Assembly (NCBI RefSeq): GCF_009834535.1
Contig: NC_045697.1
Span: 100,132,001-100,196,000, forward strand
Length of the DNA: 64,000 nucleotides
DNA from: Camelus ferus
Taxonomy: Eukaryota
Direction of reading: 5' to 3'
The notes under the pieces are model-generated. The model searched no databases. It had not been told where the DNA came from and saw only the letters and a program-made list of their open reading frames with translations. Shown piece after piece: positions 1 to 13,499 of this stretch; position 1 is the stretch's first letter, and the number at the start of each line of letters is the position of its first letter. The position numbers were made by a program, and so were the translations under genes.

Positions 1-99
1 AAACACAATGACTTTGTTTGGTAAGCTAACATGCTATGTTAGCAGTTTTACCTGATGGAGGGGGTGGAAATGAATGCAATAAAGTCAACTGCTGCTTAC

Positions 100-123
100 C
101 TCACTGGCGCGAACGCTGCCCTT
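100..123 (-). other. Candidate 24-nt cassette microexon in the RNF150 intron after the RING exon
   Basis: Minus strand reads cctttttttacag|AAGGGCAGCGTTCGCGCCAGTGAG|gtaagc. Frame-preserving and stop-free in the required phase. No transcript evidence is available. Confidence 0.3.
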
Positions 124-1259
124 CTGTAAAAAAGGCTGGTCTGTTTTCAGGCCCATGATAACAAGCTTGGAATCATTGTGGAGAAAGCAAATTCCCTAAA
201 GCCAGGCTAGATTTGATTTGGCTCCCTTGGGGTTCTTAAACATTTGACTTAGAGTGAGATGGCGGCTTTTGAGGCAGGCTTTTAAGCCAAAACCAGAGCC
301 CAGAGAGTTGAGTGTACTGCACAGCGCCCTCAGGGGACAGGGTGAGGGTTGGGTGAAGGTGTCAAATACATAGCAGTGATACCAGTGCCTTGGAAGTCAG
401 AAACCCTAGCTGTGATCTGGGCTCTGAGATCCAGAGTTAAGGTACTCTTTTAGTTAAGTAAAGGGGTGTTAATGGTACCTTCCCTATCTATATTATAGGC
501 TGTTCTGAGATGCATATTACACATTATATATAAAAGAGATTTGTAAACAGTAGAGCACTTTTCAACGTATTATAATAAATGGCCACTAATTTCACCCAGT
601 TGTCCATAGTACTGGGTCTAAGCAGCATGAAAGACAAACCAACAAAACTTAAAGAATAAAGAAGCTGCATCAGATCCTTTTGCTACTAAACTCAATTTCT
701 TTATTAGTGACTGGAAGAAATCAATCCTTTGGGAATGCAAGTTCTGAGGGAATTGCTGAACCCTCTCCCTTACAGTGTGTCTCACTCCCCTGGGTTCTGG
801 TAGATGGAGGCTCTGCACTTAAAACTTGACCCTGGTCTAATTATACTGTTTGGCTGGGGCAGCAGAGCTGGCTGGCATTCGTCCCGGGTGTCTAGTTGAT
901 TAATATAACTGGGGATCATGACATTTGAAGTCAGAATGCCATATTTAACAAGGTTATTACAGTTCAAGACTTCTTTCCTAAGGCAGCATTCTCTCTGTTG
1001 AAAACACAACAGAAAGTAACACATCAGACATCATGTGCCAACGCTGCCATTTCCTTTCATGTTTCCTTCCTTTAATCCCCGAGATTAAGTGATAGCTAAT
1101 TTTGGGCAGTTTATACCAAGTGATCAAAGAAAAATCACTGGAAAGCACCATTAGCAAACTTTGAACTTAAATTGTATTTAGTTTTGACTAATGTACAAAG
1201 TGAACGATTTTTTTTAAGTCCACAGCATAGTTTCTTTGGTACTGTAAAATTTCCTTCCA

Positions 1260-1880
1260 TCCTTTTAAATGAAGGTATAATATACAGTAAAATGCGTAAA
1301 TCTTAAGTAAGCTGGATGATTTCTTAAGTATGTACATATTTATGTACACGCTACCCAGATGAAGATATACACTGTTTCCATCACCCCCAAGAGCGCTCTC
1401 CTGCTCCTTTATCAGTCAGTACCCATTTCCTGCTATGAATGCATCATTAGGACTTCTGTCACCACAGACGAGCCCAGCCTGTGGTTGAGTTTCATATAAA
1501 TGGAATCATAAAGCATCTATTCTTTTTGCCGGGCTTCTTTTGTTCAGCGTAATGTCTTCAGATTTGTCTGTGCTCTGATGTACATCAATCGCTTGTTTCT
1601 TTTTCCTGCTGAGGAGTACTCTGTTAAATGAATGTACCCCAATTCAGTTATAGATTTTTCTGTTGTTAGACACTGGAGTTATTTTCATTTTTTGGCTCTT
1701 AAGAATAAATGTGCTCTGATGACCATTCTTGTACAAGTCTTCCTGTGAATGTATGTACTCTTTTCTCCTGGGTATATATCCAAGAGTGAGATCGCTAGGT
1801 TAGAGGATAATGTATGTTTAACTTCAGTAGGAACTGACAAATTTCCAAAGAAGTTGTGCTATTTAAAACTCCCACCACAT
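1260..1880 (-). mobile_element. Old L1M 3' fragment
   Basis: Typical antisense L1M motifs (atataaatggaatcata, tgggtatatatccaagagtgagatcgctagg). Boundaries approximate. Confidence 0.7.
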
Positions 1881-2341
1881 TATATAACTTTTACTTTTGC
1901 AGAGTATACAAAATTATGTTCCTCAAAGAATGAGTTTTTAAAATATCAACTTTCATAAGTAATGACTATTGAGTGGGATGCCTACACCAACATAAATTTC
2001 AGATAAATTTGAAAAACGTAGTTAATTGCTCAGTTATTTTATTTTTTTTGGTAAAGAAAGATTAAAGAAGAGATAAAAATAAGTAAAGATAAGAATTCAT
2101 AAATTTTATGACATAACTTTTTCCCTATTAATCTAAAAGTATCATAAAATATTTAAATGATGAAAAACACTATTTACCAAAATATGAAGACAGAATGTTA
2201 AAAAAAATTAATATCATACTTTATCAGTTCTATGCCAGAACATTTCCCTCCCACATTTTAAGATCTCTGAAATTAGGAGGCATCCTACAGTCCATGATGA
2301 TTTACATTAGATATGCTAACTAAAACTTGTCACTCACCATC

Positions 2342-2736
2342 TGTTTCTACAAGAATGAAGTTACTAGTCTCTGCAGTCTTGGACTTTCGACAGGGAAAGT
2401 CCAAGGAAAGGAGCTCAGGGAGATCAGGAATGAAGCACTCTGTGCTCTGGGAGAAGCTGGAGAACTAGCCTCCAGGTAGCACTAAAATCAATAATGGAGA
2501 CACTGCTCCTCATGACCAGCAGCAACCTTCTGTCAAAAAGTGTGCCTGTTTGCACCGTACCCTCTTCACTAAAATATATATATATGTATATATATTTGTA
2601 CTGACCTCTCCCCTACCTCTTCAGAGCGGCACCTCAGAGCTATCTGAGAGGCTGTCTCCTGGGCTATAGTCCTCATTTTGCCCCAAATAAAACTTAACTC
2701 ACAGTTCTCATGTTGTGCAGTTCTTTTCGGTTGACA
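2342..2736 (+). mobile_element. Solo ERV1-class LTR (MER41-like, cetartiodactyl type)
   Basis: TG...CA ends, AATAAA in ccccaaataaaacttaactc, and the cctcagagctatctgagaggctgtctcc motif. No clear TSD, and the 5' boundary is uncertain. Confidence 0.6.
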
Positions 2737-3459
2737 GATATGTAAAGAGCTTAGGTAAGTCAAGAGCAATATCTCAGAGAAATCAGACATTGGAATTAAA
2801 ACTAAGTGCTACCTTTGTATTAGGCTATCAGACAAGAAAGATGTTTAAAAATGGTACTGCTTCTTGGTTCCAAAAGAACACTAATGGAAGCACTCTCACA
2901 TCCTGTTAGTGGGGTGCATATCATTAACACCTTTCAGGAAAGCAATTAGACAAACTTATCAAGATCCTTTGGAAATCACTTTTGACCAGGAAGTTCACTT
3001 TTAGGAATGCATTCTAAGGGATAAACATGGAAAAAAAAATACAAACAGTTAAGGTCATGATTTTATAATGATGAAGACTAGAAGCAATTAAAATGTTGAA
3101 CGAAGTGGAGGGCAGTTAAATAAACTCCAATAATGGACTATTATGCAACCACTAAAATATTTTAAAATAATTTCTAAAGTTATAGGAAAATGCTTACCTT
3201 TTAATGTTAAATGAGAAAGTAGAATAAAAATTGTATTAGTGGCCTGACTTTATAATGTTTAACAATATACATGGAATGTTTATATATATATATTCATATA
3301 TGTATAAAATAAATGTATTATACAAATAAAAGATACCAATATTAATAATGATTATTTCTGGGTAGCAAGATGATTATTTTTCTCTACTTCTTCATACTTT
3401 TCACTATTTTCAAAATTTCTTACATTGAGCAATGAAACCTTGAAGGTTATTTAAAAAAC

Positions 3460-3585
3460 ATGTGTGTATATATATATATGTTATAGATATATATATAGAA
3501 CTGAATCACTATGCTGTACACCAGAAACTAATACAACATTGTAAATTAAAAAAAAGTTTTAAAAATTAAAATATAAATAAACAAT
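3460..3585 (+). mobile_element. L1 extreme 3' end fragment
   Basis: actgaatcactatgctgtacaccagaaactaatacaacattgtaaat followed by an A-rich tail. Confidence 0.75.
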
Positions 3586-5540
3586 AGAGAAAAGAATGAC
3601 TAGTAATCTAATTTGCATAACACAGGCATGAAACAGTAAGAGAAATCTTATGAAAATCACCAGGCATTCATTACTCTTTTCTAAAAAAGGAGCTTGGAAA
3701 AAATCTGTTCCTAATCAAGCATGTGTAACAGGCACGACAGGGTAAAGTCAGGACAGACCACTTGTGCTCAGCTAGAAAGCGTTCCATTGTTTTCCACTTC
3801 ACAAGCTACAGGGCTCAGTCAGAATCCTGAACACATTAGTGTTTTCTAAAAAAAAATTTTATAAAGAGTTTGGAGTCTTCGTTCATTTGACTCATCTTAA
3901 AATTAGATAGGTCCCTGGGGTTAGAAATTTTAAAGGACTAGTGTCTATTTTGAGTGCTTTCAGTAAATTTGTGATTTTTGAAGTTTCTGAATATTAAAAT
4001 AATGCTCATTTCCATGTCTAGTTATAATTCTTCTTTTATGTTATCTTCTTTATTATGTCATGTTGTGTTGGGCAGGGAGAGTGAATGAGAACCCATTTCC
4101 TCCCTTAAAAAAGGAAATTCACAGATGACTATCAGAGTCCAACTGTGATGTTGCCTTGGGGTGTCATTGCCTTGGGGACCCAAGATCTGGATCCCACATC
4201 AGAGTTTCAGGAGAAGCAGGACAGGCTATGAACCATCCATGTGGGTTTGGTTGGAAGGACCCAATAAGAACAAGGAAACTCCCTGGGACACAGTGAACAT
4301 GCAGAGAGAGAGGCCCATCTTCCAGAACGGCCCATCCAAGGCGAGCCACTGTGAGTAAAGCCCTGGGGTTCAGGCACACTGCTCTCATCCATTAGCTCAG
4401 TGAATCTTATTAATTCAATTTTAAGGAGGCTGGTCCTTGGCAGACAAGTCACTCTGGGAGCCTTAGGATTCATGTTTGTTCAGAAAACTTTACAAATGGA
4501 TCCCTCTTCTGTTTGCCATGTACTTTATATGAGACCAGGGCTGCTTCTCCTGCACAGGAAAATGTCACCTGCCCAGGGGGACAGGAGTTAATAGATCACA
4601 GTCTTTGAGGAGTCAATAATTAGGCCCATGTTAAAAATATACATACATTAGTTGCATCAGCTGAGAAAGGAAAGCAGCCAGTTGTCTGGGTAGATGGACA
4701 AGGATGATGCACTAGCTTCTTGTCAACCCTAGACACATGGTATGTAACAGACCTTCAGAGAATTCATCTAAATTAGCAGACCAAATTTAGGCTTTGACTT
4801 TTCAACAGCCTTCAAAAAATTCCTTTTCCAAATCTCCAGGCCTGTCCCTTTCAGTTTCTCTCTGACTCAGATACTGGAATGTCATTAGAAATTCCTTTCC
4901 AAGCCATGGTATCTGTTTGCCCCAATTTGCTTTGTTTTGTCCTTCACTATTAATTTGTTCTGTACTTTATTAGTATCCATTTATTCTATTTTCTATTTTT
5001 AGTCTATCATATGATTGTGTTTAAATCTCCATTTCTTCTCTTTCAAAACCAGTGCAGTTAGTCACGTTCTGATCTTTGTAAAAATAGAGACTTAAGTTTC
5101 AAAGGAAAAAAAAAAGAAAAAGAAACAGTATGATATATTCTATGCCCCAAACTACTAAAGAGTTCTGTTAAACAGACACAATGGAAATTTAGCCTCGTTC
5201 TTAAAGCAGAGAGATGAGACAGAGAAAGGGTGGCATAGCATTTACGCAGAGCATCCAACAATTATCTATCCAAAATGGAACTCTGCCCAACTGACCCAGT
5301 TAGGGGGTTGTTTTGGGATGAATAACTCAGAAGAAAGTTTTAAAAAGATAAGTCAAAGCTGGCCCTCAAGTGTTGTTGTTTGTCTGTCTTTTTTTTTTTT
5401 TTTTTGGAGTGAGAAAGAAAATCTGTTTCAGTGCTTGAAATCTGTTTCTTCTGTTATGGTTTTTGAGCAATAGTGTGCTAGCTGCTGAATTTTTTCCTAT
5501 TATTTAGAATCCGAATGGAAAGACAGGAGCATTTTTTTCA

Positions 5541-5749
5541 CTTTTTTTAAAAAATTGAAGTATAGTCAGTTTACAATGTTGTGTCAATTTCTAGTATACA
5601 GCACAATGGTTCATACATGTACATACATATATTTGTTTTCATATTCTTTTTCACCATAAGCTACATATATATAAAACAGATAAACAAGTTTATACTGTAT
5701 AGCACAGGGAACTATATTCAATATCTTGTAGTAGCTTATGGTGAAAAAG
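5541..5749 (-). mobile_element. Short young L1 3' end with 5' inversion
   Basis: 5541-5664 is antisense L1 3' end and 5665-5749 is sense L1 3'UTR. Both match the copy at 21440-21754. Confidence 0.85.
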
Positions 5750-7204
5750 GTACATGTGTTAAATGCAAACAAATACAGATGTATCTATCAGTCACCATCT
5801 GACAGGGTCGCCATTTTCAAGTATCCGAATGGCTGACTCATGCTTGGTTTACCTCCTGCAACTCTCCTGACTAGATCCTTCCCTCTGTATGCCCAGGGCC
5901 AACACTCCAAATCAGACCTCCAGCATTTTGTACCTTGACTTAAGAATAGGCTCCTAACTGTCCCCCACAACTCCAGTCAGAGCCCTTTAAGCCACGTTCC
6001 ACATGGTGCCAGTGAACTGTGTACAGAGCACAAGCTGAACCCCTCAGTAGGTCCCCCAGCACTTGGCCATAATCCTGGCTCCTCAGTGGGGCATTTAGGT
6101 CCCAAATGATCTGAGCTGGCCTACTTCTCCACCATTATCTTCACATCTGCTTTATATCCTGACAATTCAGGGTTACCACTACTCAGCTTTGCTTGTAATA
6201 TTCTTCTTAGCTCTGACCGACCGGAAAACTCCTTCAGTACAACTTTATGGAAAGCAACTAGGCAATTTGAATTTGTAACCTTAGAAACAAAGAAATAACC
6301 CCAAATGTCAACTAAGGTCTACACACAGAGCTATTTATCACAGCCTTCTTTATAATAGCAAAAAAAAAAAAAAAAAAGTGTATGTGTTTGGAGGGGGAAA
6401 CAACTTAAATGTCCCCAGTCAAATAAATTACGGCATAGGGGCTATCTATCAAGCAAAATGTTACAGAGCAAGTTTTAAACACACGGAAAATGTTTATTCT
6501 AGAAAGGGTTTAAGGTGACTTAAGAGATACAGATATCCAAAAAAAATAAAATGCCATAAGAGCAAAAGAAAAATAAACAAGAATAGAGACATGAAACAGA
6601 GTCAGGGATGAAGCTAAAAAAATCCCTTTTGGCTACAGATTTCTCTGTTGGCTTTCTATCAATGAACAGAGGAAAAAAAATCTGAAAAGTGGCACAATTT
6701 AGTATCCACAATCTAAAAGCATTCCTTTGCACAGGAGAAATGCGGGTATTCCATACGTGAACTGCTCTGGCAAGTCCTCACGATGAAAACAGAGTAGAAA
6801 ATCCTAATGAGAGACACAATGGCAACTTTCCCAAGATTGCTCCTTACAGTGATCCCTGATCAAAACAGTGGCAATTGCATCAGCCAGCTCAATTCTCTTG
6901 TAAAGACTAATATGAAACAGTGACGTTCTTAGTTTTCTGTGAACCTACCTTGTTACAAGAATATGTTTCAGAGAAGCAGAAGGACTGAATTATATTTCAA
7001 TTAATTTTCCTAAAGAAAAAAATTTCATCATTCTTCTGATACGCTTAATGAGTTTAAATTTGTACTCACTAAAAAAGTACGTAGAGTCCAGTGAACCTAG
7101 CTGGATAATTAAAAATAGACTTATCAGAATGAATAATTAAGGGGCAGGAGTAGAAACAGGGAGATGAGTGAGAAGGCTACTGCAGAAAGCCAGGAAAGAA
7201 CTGA

Positions 7205-7315
7205 CGGTGGTAATGATCTTAATTACAGTAACCGGAACAGTAACAGTAACTAGCAGTAATGGTAAGAGTGATATCATATTAGCATTGTAATAATACTGAT
7301 AATAATAGTACCAGA
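7205..7315. repeat. Degenerate (GTA/ATA)n low-complexity tract
   Basis: Repeating cagtaa/taatac/taatag units. Confidence 0.6.
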
Positions 7316-7466
7316 AATATGTAGAATTATCACTCACTGTCAGGTTTCAAATTAGTTTGTAAAAGCCAATTTTTAGTTAGCCAACTTAAATTAGATTCTT
7401 GAATCAAAATCTGAGTTCCTTCATTGACATTTTCTCTGTTGATAAAAGGAAGGCCTAAATTACAAA

Positions 7467-7504
7467 ACACACACACACAACACACACACACACACACACA
7501 CACA
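7467..7504. repeat. (CA)n microsatellite
   Basis: Directly visible, one interruption. Confidence 0.95.
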
Positions 7505-7509
7505 ACTCC

Positions 7510-7690
7510 AGGCTGGGGGAATGGAGAGCTACTGTTGAATGGCTACAGTTTCAGCTTGGGAAGATGAAGTTCTGGAGATGGATGGTGCTGGTGGCTGTAC
7601 CATAATCTGAATGTACAGGATGTCACTGAAATATAAACTTAAAAATGGTTAAAGTGATCAATTTTATGTCATGTTTATTTTACCACATGC
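7510..7690 (+). mobile_element. L1MB-like 3' end fragment
   Basis: gttctggagatggatggtgctggtggctgtac...cttaaaaatggttaaagtg motif. Confidence 0.75.
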
Positions 7691-10600
7691 ACACACACAC
7701 ATACCCCTTCCAGAATTCTCTGATCTAACAGGAACCTTGCTCAGGACAAAACTGAATTGTGCTGTGAAGAGTGGGGAACCCAACAGGCCACGGGCCGGCC
7801 GAGCCTCTCACTGACATCAACTCCCTGCTCTAAATACACACAGAAACCTCAGTAAACCTGCAGGCAGTATCCACAACACTGCCTCCTACTGTACCCTCCA
7901 GGAAACACGATTTAGGAAATGCAACTCCAGGAGGTAGTTTGTAGAACCAGATTTTTGTTTAAGATCAAGTTAAACGCTAGGGACGCAGCTACTAAAGTGA
8001 GTAACTTGAGTTTTAGCGGATTTTATTTGGAATCCAACTACGACAGTAATAAGCCAGCAGGACATGCTGCCTCCATGGGCCATTACTACCCAGCCAAACT
8101 GTATCATCCGTCTAAGAGAAATCCCTCTTCTGTCCCTTTAGTGCACTGGGATGATGAAATGTGAACAGCTCATCAGTGGATTACTAAGGAATGAGCGGAA
8201 GTGAGTCAGGACACACTCTTATTTTACCTCAGTAGACAATTCGGACTGGCCCATGAAAAGACTTGATTCTTGAGGAATAAGAGCCAACATCTCAGGGTCT
8301 TTGGTGGATTTATTCAACCTAGACTTCGATCAGCTTCTGTCTACAGAGTCAGAGGCTGAAGGAAAATGAGCCACAGTAAGTTCATACTATTTCCAGCAAA
8401 TTCTATAATGAAAAGAGTTGGATATTATTGATGTTGACAGCAGTATATCAAACTTGCAGAAAATAGGCATAGGAAATAAACAGAAATCATAAAGACATTA
8501 GCAGTAGCTACCTGATGAGGGAGTTACCCACATAATTATTTATCCATCTTACAAATTTTCTGTAATGTGAATGAAACAGGCAACAAAAACCAGTTAGAAA
8601 ATATGAAGACATTTCTTTTTTTTCCCGTGGGGCCTTTCTTACCTTCCTTGTGCCTGGTTATTAGTTCCTCCAAATTTTTAATTCATTTTGCTATTACTGC
8701 TGCATATAGGACACTGTATTGTGATTACTTATTTACATTCCCATCTGTCCCCTGCTAGCCCAATTTCCTTTAGAGCAGAGAGCAAGCCATTCATCTTTTC
8801 ATCTCTGGTACTTCACACTATTCCTGGCGTACAGTTGCTGCAAAATAAATGTTTGTTGTTCCAAATAAAGCATTTAGCTACTGAAAAGGTTATGGCAAGG
8901 GTCTGCTTGTTGCCAAGGAACTTTTTAATTTTTCCTAAGTTGTGTGGCAGAGTCTGCAAACAAAGGAAAAGACAGCGGTAGAAGCTAGCATCTCCCCAAA
9001 TTAGTGATAATGCTTTAGTGACACCTTACAGATAGGAACAAACTGTACAGGCATGTAAAGGATGCGCACATTGCTCTGTGTTAAAAAAAAAATGACAAAA
9101 AAGGACTTTTGCTCTGCCCAAAGAGGTCATTTCTTTCTGAGACACTGCATTTGAAATTGGGTAGTTAAACAGTTTGAAATGAATAACCATTGAAGGACAG
9201 TGGGAACGCCACCGGATAAAAGCCACAGAAGAATCAGAGAGCCCAACTTATTCTCTGGACAAGAGAAGACAACAGAACTTCAATAAAGTACTTTTTTGTA
9301 GCTTAAAATCTTAATTACAAGTACTAACAGAGTCACAAAAACCAGCCCTAAAATATAGTGTGTTGTATGTTTTGGCATATGTATGCTGCCGCAAAACCAA
9401 AGTTCCTTGGAAAGTATCTTAGTGGCATATTAGGATCAAATCCAAACCACAAAAGGTACTTTGTGTGCTGCTGTGGGTCCCTCCTTCACATTTAATGCAC
9501 ATATGCAGGCTCACCCAATGGGGAGGCTTGCCTTCAAGTGCTAGAGAAGGACCCTGATGAAGAAAAAACAAGGGGAAGAAACGGTAAGTGTGTATGTGTA
9601 CGATTTAACTTTAATCATTTCCATGACTGCAAATAAAGAGGAAGGGTCATTTATTAATTCATCCTAATTTGTGCAAGTGTCTTTAAAAGAAACATACAAG
9701 AGGATGATTTTGAAAAAGTCATGAGTACAAGATTGGTAAACGGCAACCAACAACCCCAAACGGCAACCATGGGGAAGAGAGGCACCCAGCATGTCAGAGT
9801 TAGGAGGCCACGGAAAAGAGTGTGAGAGAAGAGAGATAACAGCTGGAACATTTTCTGAGACAGTTTTTACTCCAAGGAGATGCAAAGAATTGGGTGGATG
9901 ACTCAGCCTGGAAATAATGGGAAAGAGAGTCTATGAAGTTCATAGGAGCAAAGGCTTAATAATACCCCAGAGGAAATTATCTAGCAAAAAGCAAATGCCA
10001 GTGCATTTGTTTGATAACATCCATTAGTGCAAACTGCCTGGCAGAAACCAGCAACAGGCACAAAAATATCTTGATTTTAAAAGCCGCATGGAAAAACTGG
10101 ATGGGCTCTTCAAAGAATAGGTATGCATGGCTCGTCAAAGATCAAACAGTAACTAATATAACCTGTACTTGGTAATGCTCAGTGTATTTTGTTGTTTAAA
10201 GCAAGGCCCAGAGGAAGGAAATAAAGGCAGATGGACAATAAGGGACTTGAAGCAAAAAAGAATCAAGTAATGAGCTCAAAACCAAAAAATGATGTAAAAA
10301 AGGAGGAGCCTGAGGTTAAACTGATCTGGCTTAGGGCGAGGGCTAGTATAAGTAAAATGAAAGTTCCTAAAGTTTTATTCTTTTGGGGTGAGTATTAAAG
10401 TGCAAATTTTTTTGTCTTAGTTACTATTTCCAAAAAAATACACTGTAAAAGGAGATTTGGACTAATATATCATGACAATCTAAATACTGCTAAAGCAATG
10501 TCATTTATCATAATTAAAAACTGAAATCAGGCAAATGGTCCACCACAGGGGCATGGTAAATTAAACTGCGGTACATCTATGACTTGGATATTATGCATCC

Positions 10601-12228
10601 TTTAGCAACTGTATGTAGTAACATGAAATATACCTATGAAAGAGCTCTAGGCGAACAAGCTATTTTATACAGGATGAACTACAGAGCTAAGTCCTATATA
10701 TAGTTTTTACAACAGATTTTCTTAATTTCATTGGTAAAGTTCTTTGGATTTTCAGGAAAAAGATGTTATTTAGCTTTAATTTTAGCTTTGAATATTTTTT
10801 ATTAGTCGGAGCCTCACAGGGCTCTAAGCATCTCCAAAGGAAAATAAAAGCAAGCATTTTCCTTGCTTATAGCTATGAGGCTTTATAAAACCCTTAATAA
10901 AATACTGCAGAGAGGAAAGATGCTACCCGGAGAGGCTCTCTGCATGTCACATACCACCATTCTTTGCCAGTGTTTCTAAAAATCGCCAAGCAAATACCAA
11001 ATGTAATGTCTAGAGAGAGAATTTATATATAAATATGAAGGAATTCATATACCCTCATATGAAGGACACTACTGAGTCTTCACGTGTCCCGATTTACGAT
11101 TTGGTCTTTGAGACAGTCAAGCATTTATAAATTAAGGAAAGCGAATCCCACTTGAAGGCTTTGGGGCCACCAGAGTGCACTTTCCTCAGGCCCATTTTCC
11201 TAATGATCAACCTGCCTGCCAGCATTTCAAGCACGACTCATTCCCCTTGGAGTTTCCGCATCTATTTGAGTATCTTGTCCCTTTTTTGTCACTTCTTGGT
11301 CATTTAGGATTATTAAACTAATTCCTCTTGGGCATATTTCACTTTTTTCTGTGTTTCTAATAAATAGTTCTTAGAAGCTGCAATACTTTATGACCGAATG
11401 GATTGTTTTTTGTATCTTGGTGGTATATGTTTTCTGCTTTATTTACTTAAATACTCGAAGAATTTTTAAAGCCAGTATTTCTAAATGAAGAACATTTCTT
11501 GAAGGCAGAATTTAATTTTTATTTTTAGGACACTTGCCCAGATGCAAAAACACTAAAAAGAAATGCTGTTGGCAACTTTAAAATATATTATTTCACTGAA
11601 GTATTTACATTTAAGTAATTTTAACTGTATAAAAAAGATCCAGACACCATAACAGTGAATTTCAGTTAGGGAGAGGGATTAAGATTATATGAGAATTACC
11701 TGGGAAGTTTTTCCAACTACACATGCTAGCCTCCTCCCCTAGATTCTAGAAGTTTTGGGGTGACTGTCACCTTCTCTTCTTGTGAGTAAAAAACAAAGGG
11801 AAATGGAATCTACCTTTGGCTTCTTCCTCACTCTCGACTGGATTCTGGTTGCAGATCATGGGATCATTCATAAAACGTTTGGAAGAGTTTATTATTTTAA
11901 TTAAAAGTAGCACTCGTAAAAGCACGTATGATCCTGAACATCACTGACGTGATGTTAAAAAAGACCTGTACTTGGAGCCACATCATCAAACTGTGGGTCA
12001 CAATGTTCAGGGTCACAGCCGTAAACTTCCTTGGGTGCCAAGAGGATCAGAAAAGTATTTCTAACTTCACAAAGCGCTTTCCAGGAGAAAGGTTACACAA
12101 AAAGAATGAGCCTGTTGGTGGTTTCTTATTCAAATACGGAACCATCTGGGCGACTGACCTGGCAGGACGAGGCCAGCAGGCACTCTGCACACACGCCCCA
12201 GTCAAAAGCAGGCAGCCTAGCGACTCAC

Positions 12229-12311
12229 CGGCAGGGCAAGATCCGGACAACGTCGTTGGGCTTGTACCCCTCGATACAAACTGCACAGTTGTCAAAATCA
12301 GGCTCTGTTTC
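12229..12311 (-). CDS. RNF150: RNF150 coding exon (equivalent to exon 4): N-terminal half of the RING-H2 finger
   Basis: Translates [27 protein letters not shown](R), with the CxxC...LPC RING motif. Acceptor ctgttgcag|, donor CG|gtgagt, 83 nt, phase 0 to 2. Absent from the ORF track because no ATG-led ORF covers this frame. Confidence 0.96.
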
Positions 12312-13499
12312 CTGCAACAGAGAAAGCACGTATGAGTCTGCTTCCAGAGCATCCACTCCTGTAAACACACAAATAACAAGCCCACAGAGAGCGTGCCCGG
12401 AGCAAGGCTTTCAACCGTCTCATTGCCAGTTCCCTTCATCAATAATTCACTGTGTATTGGCTTAGCTTCTCTGCCTTCCAATCTCCCCTTTCTGTTTCCT
12501 GGTTCCGCTGCAAGAGCTTTGGTGAGGAATTCGTATCTTAATGTCCCGTGACTAATAATGCTGCTTATCATAATCAGAGGTGACATATCAAAATCTTGAG
12601 GATGAGAAACACTGTTCACAGAGAATTGTCTGAATGATATTTAATCTAGCCATTCCCTGGGACGCTAACGTACGCAACTCTAAAAAACTGTGGTTCCAGC
12701 TTTCTTTTCAAGAACATAAATCTCTTCCAATATCCCATAATATATCCCTTATATAACAGTCTTTGTTCTTTTATTATTCTCTGTTGGAGGAGAGAAAAGT
12801 AATAAAAAGTGTACTTTAAATTTACTGATGGCTGTAACTGAATTTTACCTTACTAAGCTCAATGGTATTTTTATACCGTTGAAAAATATGATATAATTGG
12901 TGAGACAAATCAATTACTCAGGCTAGAGACAACACCTCTTGTGCCCATAGAGTTGTGAATCTCCTACAATGCCCCAAGGAGCCCCAGAGTCACACACTGC
13001 AATCCACTACTCCAAAATTTCTCCTGGGGGAAAAAATTCTCCTGGGGAGAACAGAGGCCTCTAGAGGCCTGTGGGCTAGACTGGCCGGCTTTGTGGTCCT
13101 TCCTTAAGACATGCTTCTGCATCTGGCTTTATGTCATCATTTTGCAGCTAGGGAGGCCGCTGCAACTGACTCTGGGGTTCTGGAAACCAGATTTCAGAAG
13201 GACTAAATCTGCTTCTTGCATTTACTGCAGACGCCAGTGGAGGACATAACTCGGCATGTAACTGGCACTGTCTTCCTTGCAAGGATCCACGGGAAAACGT
13301 TCTCAAGCTGTAACACCCGGAATGGCCATTTTGTTTTTATCTCATGGGACACTGGAATAAGGTCATTGGATTTGTTTGGATATTGACTATTGTTTCCTTC
13401 TTTGCATTGTCTGTGGAGAGTCCCAACCTAAATTTGGGACCGATGTCTGCTGTTCATTTCAGGTAATGAATTTGTGTGCCATTTTATCCTGGTTTCATC

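Noticed and set aside
11928..12619. Three overlapping long ORFs (135, 144 and 190 aa)
   Set aside because: Off-frame or antisense shadows over the GC-richer RING exon, with no recognisable protein.
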